Shown: piece by piece, positions 24,781 to 36,364 of the stretch
How the letters are laid out: each line of letters starts with the position of its first letter
Position numbering within the stretch: position 1 is the first letter of the stretch
The notes under the pieces: model-generated
Told to the model about the DNA's origin: nothing
The model's input: only the letters and a program-made list of their open reading frames with translations
Database searches by the model: none
From: Ophelia neglecta
Taxonomy: Eukaryota
Length of the DNA stretch: 64,000 nucleotides
Assembly (NCBI GenBank): GCA_965285935.1
Contig: OZ260667.1
Coordinates: forward strand, 32,426,001-32,490,000
Direction of reading: 5' to 3'
Program-made: the position numbers and the translations under genes

Positions 24781-25680
24781 ATGAATGAAACAAGATATTG
24801 TACTTCATATATGCAAGTACGAGGAGTTGCACTAAACACATGAATTGGGGATTCTTGAAGTCTGTTTATTGATAATGTCTACTGTACCCCTATTATCGGT
24901 GTGAAATAACACCCACTGAATGCGCCAGGCATCACCCAAACTTCTACCGCCAAGACGATTGGCACCAGTTCCAACAATGGAGTTGAGAGATCGGCCCAGG
25001 ACTTTGGGAAAGGGACATAAACCCTTTTGTATTCCTAAGTGCAGCTAGCCCTACCGTGGAAGGTGCATACGTGTAGATTCAACAGATCGGAGGATTGCAA
25101 TATTGGATTAAGAATAAAGTAGTACCGTTGTAACTCTTAATAAAGAATACCATGCTTCGCCTCATTATTCAAATGAATATGGTGGTGTGGTTTGTTAGCG
25201 TGGCATGTCACGACGAAGGCACGGCCCAGGGCAACTGCTATAGTGTCAAAATTCCCAGGGACGGGCAATTGATACCAAAGCGGATTAAATTATCCGAATT
25301 TTGTCTAATGGCATGTGGATTTCCATACAGATAGTATCACCATCCGACACCATGAGCTATAGCGACATTTAAAGGTCTTTCATTAATCGGTATGCTTACT
25401 TCTTCACAGAACGTTAGTAACAGGTTTAAATGTTCTAAATAGGTTTCGTCGGATATATACCAATTGACAGGAGCACCAGGCCTAAGGGACTGCATATCAG
25501 CTCAGAGGTTCTAGGACAGGTTCTGCTACTCTGTTTAAGGATACTTCTATATGAATGGATTTTGTCGCTATGTTGGGCTTCTTTAAACTGTTGTGTGATT
25601 CTTTACTATCCTAGCTTTTGGTGGCCCCTGATAACCAATGCGCTAACCCCCTGTAAACCCTTCAAATATAAAGGTAGCCC
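24781..25680 (-). pseudogene. RT/RNase H remnant (DIRS/Ngaro type), RT catalytic core deleted
   Basis: Pol motifs in the expected order with stops and frameshifts. No YxDD found between CSPLGLV and the DT..ME..P.DK block. Confidence 0.85.
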
Positions 25681-25689
25681 TTTATGTGC

Positions 25690-26417
25690 ATAATGTCATA
25701 TTGGTACCATATATCGTTTAGGCAGGAGTGATGGATCTCTCGAATGGTTGGGATATATCTCATAAATCAGGGCCCAGCCTACGGAAAGGTCTCTAAATAG
25801 GTAGCCGTGTAGGTGACAAAGACTAGGGTCCACTCATCGAAGGAATTGATCTTGTCAGGTTTCTAGAATCTTCAATGGGAATCGAAGGTTGATTGTTTCT
25901 TTCTATTAACGTAAAACGTATGTTAATATCCTCATTATGGGCAAGGAGTGAGGCAAGATCTCCGTACTGATTGGCGCTATTCTATGATATAAGGGTATAT
26001 TTTATCCCCCCTCCCAGGGGCATGCTAGAACTTTGGGCTGTTGTTGGCCAATTAAAGGAATCGTGACTAGCCGCCTGGTTACCTTGTAGTGCCAATACTG
26101 CAGTTTTTCTCTAGTCTAGAGTGGTGAGTTCGCTGCTGGCTGGTATGTCGGTGACCTGGTCATAATCCTCAATTGGCCGACTGGGCTCGTATCAGATGCC
26201 GACGGTGTTGCGTCGTTGACATCCAGGTTCGAAACGGAAATCCGCTAATCGTGGTTATTCGCTGGGTCCTCCTTGATGGCGTCCTGAAGACCATGGGTAA
26301 CTGTAGACATGCTTTTGAGGGCTTGGATGTTTAGGAATCTGGTGTTTTTTGCCTTGTGTGATACGGCCGTTTCTCCGGATGGTCCCCATGGGTTGTTTTC
26401 TTGTTAGTCGGAGCCAT
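25690..26417 (-). pseudogene. gag-like ORF remnant
   Basis: Probable start MAPTNKK at 26417, low-complexity N-terminus, then Ngaro/DIRS gag blocks Y.DLA.LL and W..(A/V)F..Y..(I/T)YLE.FP...Y...IR...W..YD. Confidence 0.75.
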
Positions 26418-26719
26418 GCTGAAACATATACTGACCAACCAGAGTATGCGTGTATAATATCCTAAGCTGTTCAACTTTAGACACTTGCTACCCAACCAGT
26501 GTTGTACGTACATTACCGACTAGCAGTTGCCTACATATTACTTAGGAAAAAGGATATAGGGTCCATAACTTGTCACGTTTAATAATAAGGGTGTTAATAT
26601 ATGTACCTGAGACATGTATATTTGTCATAGTTATACCTAAGACGAATATCCCCTGTGACGCAAGCGTGTAATTGTATTCGGCCTATGGGTCAGTTGCCTG
26701 ACGCAGCACATTAGTATGG

Positions 26720-27300
26720 CTAGTAGGCCAGCCATAGGCACGGGCCACATCTAGCCGAGTCCAGCTCACAAAAAGCATAACCGGATGTGACCCAATAGGT
26801 GCACTTATATGGGTATTTGGCCAGCCATAAGCACGGGACACATCTAACGAAATCCAGCTTATAAAAAGCATGGCCGGATGTGTCCCGCTAAGTGCAAATA
26901 TATGGTTATTTGGCCCGCCGTAAGCACGGGCCACATCCATTCAAGTCCCGTTTATAACGGGCATGGCCGGATGTGACCCAATAAGTGCAATTATATAACG
27001 CGTTCAGGCGCAAGCACTAGGCGAGCACAAATGTAGAGAATGGTTATAATACGACAGGCCGATAAACCATAGTTAAATAATTTTGGCCAGCAAGTAGCAC
27101 GGACCCCGTCCAGCCAAGTCAAGCTTATAGAAAGCATGGCTGGGCGTGACCCAATAGGTGCGATTATATAACACATTCCGGCGCAAGCACGAGGCGAGCA
27201 CAAATATAGAGAATGGTTATAATATGCTAGGCCAATAAAGCCACAAATAACAGTAATAAGGCGAAATAGGCCATATCTAGCTAAGTCCAGCATTGTGGAA
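26720..27300. repeat. Diverged 93-bp tandem repeats (plus two longer composite units) in the 5' leader of the YR element
   Basis: ggcc.gcc.ta.gcacggg.cacatc recurs at 26726, 26819 and 26912. gcgcaagcac.aggcgagcacaaat.tagagaatggttataat recurs at ~27008 and ~27181. Confidence 0.85.
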
Positions 27301-28154
27301 AAACATAGCCGATAATAACCATTCCGCGTGGTTACTATCCAGGTGGCAAATATAATATACGTGCTGTATATAGTATATATGGCAGGCCCGAAGTTTTCAC
27401 GCACGCTTACACCGGGGAACACTCGTCTACTGATAATAGGTACAAGCTTGTGACTTACAATAGGTTATAATTGTATAATCAAAGTGAGCCCACTCTACTA
27501 TGGATGCTCAATAATAGTAATATTGTCCACTACGAGTCGTTGAGAAATTTAAATGCTTTCGGCACCGCCCCTCTGATATCTCAGTAGAGGTACCACTCTC
27601 CCAGGGTATTCAGGTGAAGTGGTCGGCGAGCAATATGTGAATTGGCTCGTATAGAATCTTATCATTTTTGCTATGGTACAAACTAATACAATATTGAAAT
27701 TCCCAAGGGATGCTAATTCATCACCCTTGTGTATAGTAAAACATAGCAAGTATGAGCAAGGCCACTGAAATAGCTAGGGGTATTAACACAATACAGCCCT
27801 CTTTAGAAGACAGTTCAAATGCGTACAAATTTTACCCCATAGCCTTCTATAAGGAAACCAGCAGATGGTATAGCGTTGATCCCCAATTTTGGGCGCACAC
27901 CAGGCAGCTAGTTTATGTAGCCTCAGGCCAGCGCAACCAAATATGAGAGAACTGTACAAGTGCCTCTAGCACTAAAGTATTCTGAAACTTCCAATGGAAT
28001 GTATCAGTATATTTGGGATTTGCCCAGTAGGCAATGAATGAATGTCCAAATATTTCTACAGTGAACATAATGGCTATGAAGAAGTACCAAAACTAGCAGA
28101 GACACTAACCCAATTGCTCGCCGACCACATGTATCACTGCTATAGGTAGGGGAA

Positions 28155-28457
28155 TTTCCAAACACACCTATCTGGTAAGAGTGAAGCTCGCTGAAAGGCA
28201 GATAGTCTGTAGAACAGGCCAGTCTTGATCCGCATGGCTGCTTTTGGGCTGGCCTATTATCCGGTCAATGGCTTTGCCACCTTCACCCCTTTGGCACAAT
28301 AGTTTAGTCTGCATAGCTAATTACCTTAAGGCTGGCTTGTACCAGTAAAATGTAGCATAGAATGGCATGTGTGTACAATAGGTAATATAACTGTTATCGA
28401 AACAAAATACTCCCATGAAAACAAGAAATGCATTTATTGTTACAATAAATTTGTTTT
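28155..28457. repeat. Split direct repeat A1 (303 bp), 5' terminus of the YR retroelement
   Basis: Direct repeat of 20737-21039. Confidence 0.95.
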
Positions 28458-28848
28458 TAGATCTGAAATTATAGAAAAGAAAACATGATGCAAATATAGG
28501 CGTAGCCTATATGGCTGACTGCTTTCTGTTTTAAAATATGCCATTCTCTCCTGGTCGCCGATAGTTTCTCCGTCGGTTATAATGTACATCAATACAGTAG
28601 GGGTGCCCTGTATAGTTATAGTTTTCCTTTTGTCATCTTGTCAATATTTCTTGCCGTCCTTTCTCATTTTCAAATCATTTGGGGCTGAATACTTCCGCTT
28701 ACTAAAGCTGTTGCCAAATGGCAGCTCTCTGATGTCAATTTAACTCTTTTGTATTTTATTTGGGATTTCCATCTATCTCCTCATAAAGTCTGGGTGGGAA
28801 GCCTATCTGTTCTGTGTTTCAGGACAGGCCTAGCGTGAAATGTTTCTT

Positions 28849-28870
28849 TGTGTGTGTGCGTGTGTGTGTG
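28849..28870. repeat. (TG)n microsatellite
   Basis: tgtgtgtgtgcgtgtgtgtgtg. Confidence 0.8.
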
Positions 28871-30510
28871 TTTCTCCTTTTCTTTCAGAAATAGTATCTC
28901 TTATTGTGCACATGTATTAGTACCTGCAGCACGAGTTAATTATAGAATTGTATAATTGTATAATTAAAGAACAGCGTTTGGCTTGAGCACTTATTTTGCC
29001 GTATGAGTTTCTAGTCATTTCAGATTTTAAGGTGAATAAAGGGCTTGTGTGCAATGATTGAAGAAACTTTAGTAATAGTGAACTACCCGATGTAGTATTA
29101 TATTCGAATTAACTCTGAAATGTGCAACTCCTGATAGTTCTAGTGATATCACAATCTGTATGCTTTGAAACTGTTAAATAAAAATGTGGTCAAACATTGA
29201 AAAAGTATCACTCTTTGTTGATTAGGATGAACGACTCAGATACTATATAAAACTATATTGAATTTCATGGCAAACACATATTTTTAGCCAAAGGGGAAAA
29301 CCTGATACGAGATACGACGGAAATATGAGATTCACAGATACGAGAAAAATAAGATAGAGTTGGGCTATGAAAGGGTTAGGGGTAGGGTTGAGCTAGCAAC
29401 CTAACTAAACCATTCATTACTAAATTTTTAAGGGAAAAAAACAATACAAAAAACATGGGCATATCATTACACCAATGCACATTCAGGCCTGTCGCGGAGG
29501 AAGGGGGGGGGGGGGGGGGGCTACAAATTTAGTACGAAAACGGCCGTTTCCATTGTAAAGCATGGTACTATTTTTATACCAAGTAAATAAAATTACTTCT
29601 TATATCTCAAATAATATAAAAATATGAATTAGAGACCTCCAAATATGAAGTTTGAGGTCGATAATAACCGGTAGGTTCGTATCTCTGCAGCAGCTGTGAG
29701 ATGCATACATACAGAAGTATAGATATTCAGGGTTTTCCGTACTACTAACGAAATGTTGAAGTCAACTCGGTTATGTGATATCGTATTTTCGTACGAGTAA
29801 ATAATCTAGCAGCGACATATTACACATTATGCACACCCTATAAATGCTTCTAATTCTAGACGTGGGGTGTAGTTAATGCTGGGGCTCACCCCGGTGTTGG
29901 CTTTAACTTCTGGGACGCATGGAGGAAGTGCTGGTCCTGCTTCTAAATTATGGGTGTGGGGTGTGGTTGAGTGTACGTAGCCCTGATATTGCTTCTAACT
30001 TAGAAATTCACGTTGGGTGTGGTTAGAGTTGTCCCCGTCTTGTTTCTAACTTTTGGTGTTAGGCCTAGGTGTAGACAACTTAGGGGGTTGCCCTATATTG
30101 TAACATCTCTTTCGAATCGAATGACCGGAACAGTTGAACCAGAGACATGATCGTTACAATCGATTGAACATATAGAGCTATCCATTATATACTTACCACA
30201 TCAGAGTTGAACGATCGAACACACAGTTGGATAACTCCGGATACATTGGCATTAGTACTGGCATTGAGCCATCGCAAGTAGTACATGTACTTTAAAATGC
30301 GTTTAAACCCGGGACAGTGTACCATGTCTAATTTTTCTTCGATCATATATTCTGTCATCGGGCCTGTACAAGCTAGGAGGAGATCCTCATCTAAATATAG
30401 AAAACACGTCACATTGCAAGGGACTTCCCCATGTGATAGTGCAAGTCGACACAGGCAGATTTCACAATCTTACACGTCCTTTACATTGCTGAGCGATCAA
30501 TAATGCGTGC

Positions 30511-30686
30511 TATAAAGGGCTGTGAATCATAGCTCGCTTGGCAATCGACTTTTTACCGGCAAACAGTACTGTACTTCTCATGTCTAGCTCTTGACGACTG
30601 TAATTTAGTGATAGACTTGAGCCACTGTCTGCGACGTGGATCTGTATGTGTCGACAGGCTGTATGGTTACATCATCCAGTTCTGTG
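30511..30686 (+). promoter_or_regulatory. Putative TATA box and non-coding first exon of the E2 gene
   Basis: TATAAAG at 30511. Donor GTG|gtatgt at 30686/30687 and an acceptor at 31803 upstream of the ATG. Confidence 0.45.
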
Positions 30687-31818
30687 GTATGTACACTTTA
30701 TGTAGACCTTCTAAGCCGTTTAAAATCGCTTATTTCACAGTCAATTAAATTTAATTCATGTAAATTCGTTTTGCCATCAGTACACACAAAATTTTTTCAT
30801 TACAATAGCCTGTTGACGGAGTGTTACTGCTTCAAACAATATGCTGAATTGTTTGTTTTTTTTCAAGGGGGGGGGGGGGGGGGAGGGTTGGATCATTAAT
30901 GAAATCATGCCCAATATTTGTTAGCTTAGAGTTAAGTGATGTCATTGTCTGAATAAAAAACTATCAACCACTGAAAAGATTCCAAATATAGGCCTGCCAA
31001 TGATGGAGTGGCCTCCTAACATGTTTGCACTGCACAGCTCAATTCATGGAAAATGGCCAAATTTTAGTGATTGACCAGCAAAATAATATGAGTTTAGATC
31101 AGAACCAGGTGTTTTTATTAGGCCTACACACAGCTCAATGTCAGACAGTCAGTACACATTTGCCATGTAAAACATTTTGTTATCTGGAAGTTTATTTTTG
31201 TACTGCATATGTATTTCTAAAATGTATTTCCTTTTGTGGGTATTTCATCATTTTTTTTGTAAGATAAAGCACTTTTTGTCATTTATAGGGATCAAGCCAG
31301 GTGTATCATGTAGTTTTAACTCATTCTCGCTGACTTTTCTGTAAGCAATGGCATTTAGTACAAGAACCCCCCAGAATGGGTTACGATCAATCATAAAATA
31401 CCAATGATAATTGGGTCATGATTCAAACATGAGTACCATGAATATCTAAATCCACTTCTTTGTAACACTTAAGCCTGCAAACATTGGTTCTTTTAGTCGG
31501 GCTTAACAACATTGTGACTGATCTGATGTATGCTTGTTATGAAGCATAAAAGTGCATAGCAAGCAAGATTTACATGTATGATGTGAACCTAACATATTAA
31601 GATATGCTGTGTATAGCAGGAAGGTTCTATGCTCAGTTATCAGGTTATTCATTGACCAAATATGGTATGCATTATCCACGACATGGGAACTTCAATTTTC
31701 ATTTAAATATTGCATGACTCATTCTTCTAGTCATGCCCTGCACTCAGAGTTTAATTTTTCGGATCACTAGTACTTGCACTGAATGCTAAACTCTTGTTTT
31801 CAGAAGTAAGCAGGCAAA

Positions 31819-34095
31819 ATGTTTACCAGGAGAGCAAAAGATATCCAGCGTTGCCTGAGAAGCATTGATAGCTTCACTGAAGGCCAGGCACGGGTGGTGA
31901 ATTGTGATTATGATGAACTTAAAAGCATCCAAGTAGAACTAGTCCCAAATGAGGGGCCCTACAAGGGAGGAAGATTCATATTCACTGTAAGTATGTCATT
32001 TATTGTTTAAAGGGTTGTGATAATCTCAAAATTTGTTTTAACATACTATAAATATGGTTTTTTAAAGTATGCTATTCCTATACTATTGAGAGAATATTTT
32101 GGCACTGGCAATTGTTGGCAGAAATTGCCACAAGATTTGTTGGCCCTATGAACATTTGGCAATCCAGGCAAGGGTCCACAGACCATAGATGATAAATTAT
32201 AATATTGGTGCAGAAAATATTGGTGCCCAAGGAGCTAACTTGCCTATTCAGTCAAAATTTTTTGGTTTACATTAGGCAAGTTCTGCTAAATTTTTTCATA
32301 TAAAAACAATAATTGAATGTTGAACTGTTCAGACCTCTGCATATACTTTGATATATATTGCATAAATTTATTATAGATTGGAATGTCCAGCCAATTTCCA
32401 GAAGTACCTCCAGATGTGACATGTGAGACAAATATCTATCACCCCAATATAGATCCCACAACAGATGAACTTAATGTATGCCTGAGCCTGTTTGATGAGT
32501 GGGAGACTACCTTTGGATTAGAAGATACCATTCAGGTAACATGGTTTTCAGATATCATTGAGAGAGCTCTGGATTTAATAATAATATGTACTTGTAAATT
32601 ACATTTACATTAAATGTAATAATAATATCTACTTGTAAATTGCATAAATACATGTATGCAACACAAATCAACATATTTGGCGGCTTTAATTCTGTCATTT
32701 TTTTGGTACTGGGAGTATTAATTAGTTTTCTGTTAATTTCAGGGTCTGCTGTTTCTGTTCCATGAGCCAAATCTCGAGGACCCTCTTTCTCCCTACTTCA
32801 GTGGAGAATCATACGACTCCTTTGATGATGATGTGCTTAAATCCATGAAAGGAGAGTGTGTTGAAGGGGTTAGATTTGATATTGTATTGGACGTGACAAA
32901 CATTGGCAACACTGCGGACAGTAGCGTGGTAAAAAGTGTACCGAAAACAGAAGATTCTTTGAATGCAGAAATAATGCCTGTGAACTCCTTTGCCACAGGG
33001 TCTCTGTCGTTAGATAATGCCATAGATATAGTAGAAATTGTGATGGAGATGGTCTGCCAAGTATCTGATGACAACTGTGAGGCCAATGAAGTTGCTATGA
33101 ATGCTAAAAATGAAGCAGAAAAGATGGCCACAGAAAATGTTAGTGCAAATTGTAACATTGCGTCTGTGATAGACAATGATTCTAGTGAAACACTGGTGAA
33201 CAGTAAAGAAACTTTAACTGGCTGTGAGGTTTGTATCGGCATTCCTGCAGATCAAAACTGTGATACAGAAAAGGCAGAGGCATGTGCCTCCAATGAGCAA
33301 AAGGAAACAATTGTGGTTCAAGTAAATGCTCAAGCTGTTAAAGCTGACTTAGAAAAATACAAATTAAATGAAGATGATAAGCCTGTGGGGGAATGTGATT
33401 CACCACTGACTGTTTCTCAAGAGCCTTCTTCTAGTGGAGCTAGTGACAGTGACTTTGACGCTCCAAGAGTGCCTGTGAGTTCTGAATCAGACCAAGAAAA
33501 TATCAATACTATACCTCAAGAGCTGCTGGAAGACACCAAAACAATTGTACCAAGATTAGATTTCGATGATATTAATACAATAATTGAAAAAGTTGACAAT
33601 TTATTGGCCACAAAAGGAGAGGAAGTTGATAAAAAGGAAGAGGAAGAAAATAAAAGACTAGAAGAAATGGAAGAATCTGATGAGGAGGAGGAGGATGTTA
33701 TAAACAATAATGAAGTTAGAGAAAATGAAGACGCACAAAATGAAATACAAGAAAATAACAGTGCTACTACTACCAATTCACTTCCTGCTGTAAATATAAC
33801 AGAGATAGAAAACTCCTGCCATAATATTAACAACAATGAAATGCATTCAAACCAAAGGCCTGATAGCTTAAACAGACAGATTTCGAAAATTGAAAAATTT
33901 GACCTAATCTTTGAGAAAATTTCCCAGGAACATAAAAGCACCCAGACTGACTTCAACATGCTTTTTGGTAACTTGTCCTTCCTCCAATATGCTAGTCCGA
34001 CCAATACGATGGCTTTTCTTGTTAACCCACAGTTGGAATATAGTACAGTTATATTAATAGGCTCATTATGGAAATATTTCATCTCTGTGAGATAG
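31819..34095 (+). CDS. Ubiquitin-like conjugating enzyme E2, NEDD8-E2 Ubc12/UBE2M-like, with long acidic C-terminal extension (~559 aa)
   Basis: Exons 31819-31986, 32377-32535, 32743-34095. PNEGPYKGGRF, YHPNID...NVCL (catalytic Cys) and LFLF.EPN.EDPL...V.KSM.G match the Ubc12-type UBC fold. Confidence 0.85.
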
Positions 34096-35512
34096 AAGTG
34101 CATTTATAACAGGTGAATTATTTATGTAAATAATGTACAGTATCATCTCATATTTTTTGCATTTCATAAATTCAGTGACATTAGCTTCTGATATTTATTA
34201 AGAGCTGTGCCTGAATCAATGCCAATGTTGTTGCCTATTTGCTGTAAAAGTATTCTGTGATAAGCACAAGTATAAAAATTCAAGAGTTTTACAATTTTTG
34301 TACATAAAATATGGTAAATTCTTCAGAATCATGACTGCTTTTCCAACACACTGAAGATATGTATCTGGAAAATTAAAGTGCCACTTAACAGTAGATCTTA
34401 TAGAATTATATATCCTGATGCCATGTGCAATTAATTCCCATGTATACAAGAAATCTGATTGTATTGTGTATCAAGTCATATATAATGGCATGCCTTTGGC
34501 TTGTGAACATTGTGATATGAACTAAATGAAGGTATATATTGTCTTGAAGCTTGTGACATACTGTAACTGATTGAAAATGACCTTGGGACATTGTGTCAAT
34601 GAATGGATTTAAGAAGAAAGTGAGTGAGTGAAAGCAGGAAGTGTGTGCTTGCTGGTATTAAAGTATTTAATGCATATTTGTTAAACTTGTGTGTTATGCT
34701 TGCCTGGCACAAATAAAAGTTATACTTGAATTTAATCATACTTTTGGCTTTTAAACTTGAATAACTACTGTGAGGACATTTAAATATGTTGTGTGCCAGT
34801 TTCATTTTAATTCACCAAATTCCATAATTGAATCAAAACTCCTGCATTAAATTAACCTGTATCCAAGATCTTCACTACTAGGATCTTCACTGACCTTGGT
34901 GTCATAATTTGGTAGTAGCATAAAATACAAATTGACCGTATACAAGGCAAAGGCTATGTGAATATTCAAAAAAAAAAAAAAGCAGAAGACCTATTTAAAC
35001 AAAACCTGCAAATGATTCCTACCAGTAATGAGATTGAAAATACACGCACAAAGCCTACTTACAATTGCTACTCTTGCTCAATTCATTAAATGATCCAGAC
35101 CCGAGAGAAAATCTATTTGTGGTAGATTTTTGTCATGAATAGGCTAGTTCATGATGGGTTGCGGTGCCCATTGCAGAATTGTATTTCAGGCAAATAAATT
35201 GGGCGGATTGTTAAGTATGCACTTTGACAGCATCAATAATTAAACAACACAACCTGTTGTGACATTTTTGCACATCAGCTTTATTTTTTAAACTTATAAA
35301 TAAAAGTTCGAGTACTACTTCTGTAAGGAATTCATTCCCTTTTACATGTCATTATATTCATTACCCTTCTAATGCTTTAGGCTTTTTTTCTCGTTCATTA
35401 CAGTCAATAATGGTAGGAATCGTGTGCGGGGAGAGAGATTTATTTGGATATGTCAACATGGCCGCATGAAGTCCCTTGTACACCATAAGCCTAGTAGGAG
35501 TATCGCCTCCAG

Positions 35513-35941
35513 TAGGACTGTCATTGACATCCAAATTTTGTCGATACGATTATCACGATACTTTTTGTCGATATTTCGATTTTGTCAATATTTCGATATA
35601 CTAGTTTTAGCACCTTTTCCTGGTACAAAAGTTACCAGAAACAATTGTTTTTGCAAGAATCAGGCCTAAGTCTCTTCGAGCCATGTTTGCAGGGGACTGT
35701 TTCTATTATAATCTGTGTATGTGTGGATAAGAAGAGGGCTTCTATAGTGGTTTGTGTGAAGCATGCTTGCGAATTTGAAAAGTTTTCTCTGTTTTCTTCA
35801 TTATATGGCATTTTTATGGCATTTTTATGGCATAAATATGATTATTTCGATATTTCGATATTAAGCCATGTATATCGATACACATATTGATAAATAGGGA
35901 ATAGCGATATATCGATATGTAGGATATCGATGACGCTCCTA
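35513..35941. mobile_element. hAT-family MITE
   Basis: Perfect 8-bp TSD gcctccag (35505-35512, 35942-35949). TIRs taggactgtcattgacatcc / taggagcgtcatcgatatcc. Many subterminal tcgata motifs. Confidence 0.9.
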
Positions 35942-36364
35942 GCCTCCAGGGCCATTTTAGAAACAAAAATGATACTTTGGAATATTGTAGTTCTTCAAAC
36001 AGAGGTGTCAGAACACTATTCAATAAAATTAGGTAGAGTTCTGTCATTCATATCAATACTTGATATCATTGGCATTTAGCTCCAAAAACGATAAGGCAGC
36101 GTCGTATTGCAATCACTTATTTTTGACCCATGGTATGATATTTTGAAGTATTTCAACCATAATGTTTGGATCGGTCTAGCAAAGTGCAAGGATTTTTCCC
36201 TACTTTCATTGCAGTTGGGAGGTGTCAATCTTAACTAACACACAGGCCTGTGATGGTATGGCAAATTATTAATTATATAGCAGTGACGGGAAGCTGATAT
36301 GAGGTGTGCAATGGTGCACCGGCAGCCATTTTAAATAAATAAAATAAACAACAGGATAACTAAA

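Larger units (their letters stand above)
20532..28457 (-). mobile_element. Ngaro/PAT-type tyrosine-recombinase (DIRS order) retrotransposon, full termini, non-autonomous
   Basis: Minus-strand order: A1 (28457-28155), internal region, B1 (21167-21037), A2 (21039-20737), 74-bp spacer, B2 (20662-20532). Internal remnants: gag (NQYGDLASLL; SFDEWTLVFVTYTATYLETFP..MRYI..IRE..WYQYD), RT (GF.GG.RIGYQGP; CSPLGLV; DTICMEIHMPLDK; LGRAF..KPHHHIHLNNEAK), RNase H (LELVPIVLAVEVW; FHTDN..VDIINKQTS), YR (GLAPATITSH.AAISYCHKL; YKGHSVRI...GLWHSNAFQKYIR). Confidence 0.92.

Noticed and set aside
20737-28457. Ordinary LTR retrotransposon with 303-bp LTRs
   Set aside because: No TG...CA ends, TSD or integrase. The extra B repeats and the YR remnant fit split direct repeats instead.
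28540-28830. Purine-biased minus-strand stretch as a coding relic
   Set aside because: Stops in the frames I read and no recognisable motif.
29840-30075. Degenerate ~50-bp repeat (tgcttctaa...ggtgtggtt) as a Pro-rich coding exon
   Set aside because: Irregular period and stop codons in the frames I read; probably a decayed minisatellite.
33516-34103. 195-aa minus-strand ORF (also 32793-33242)
   Set aside because: Antisense shadow of the Glu/Asn-rich E2 tail.
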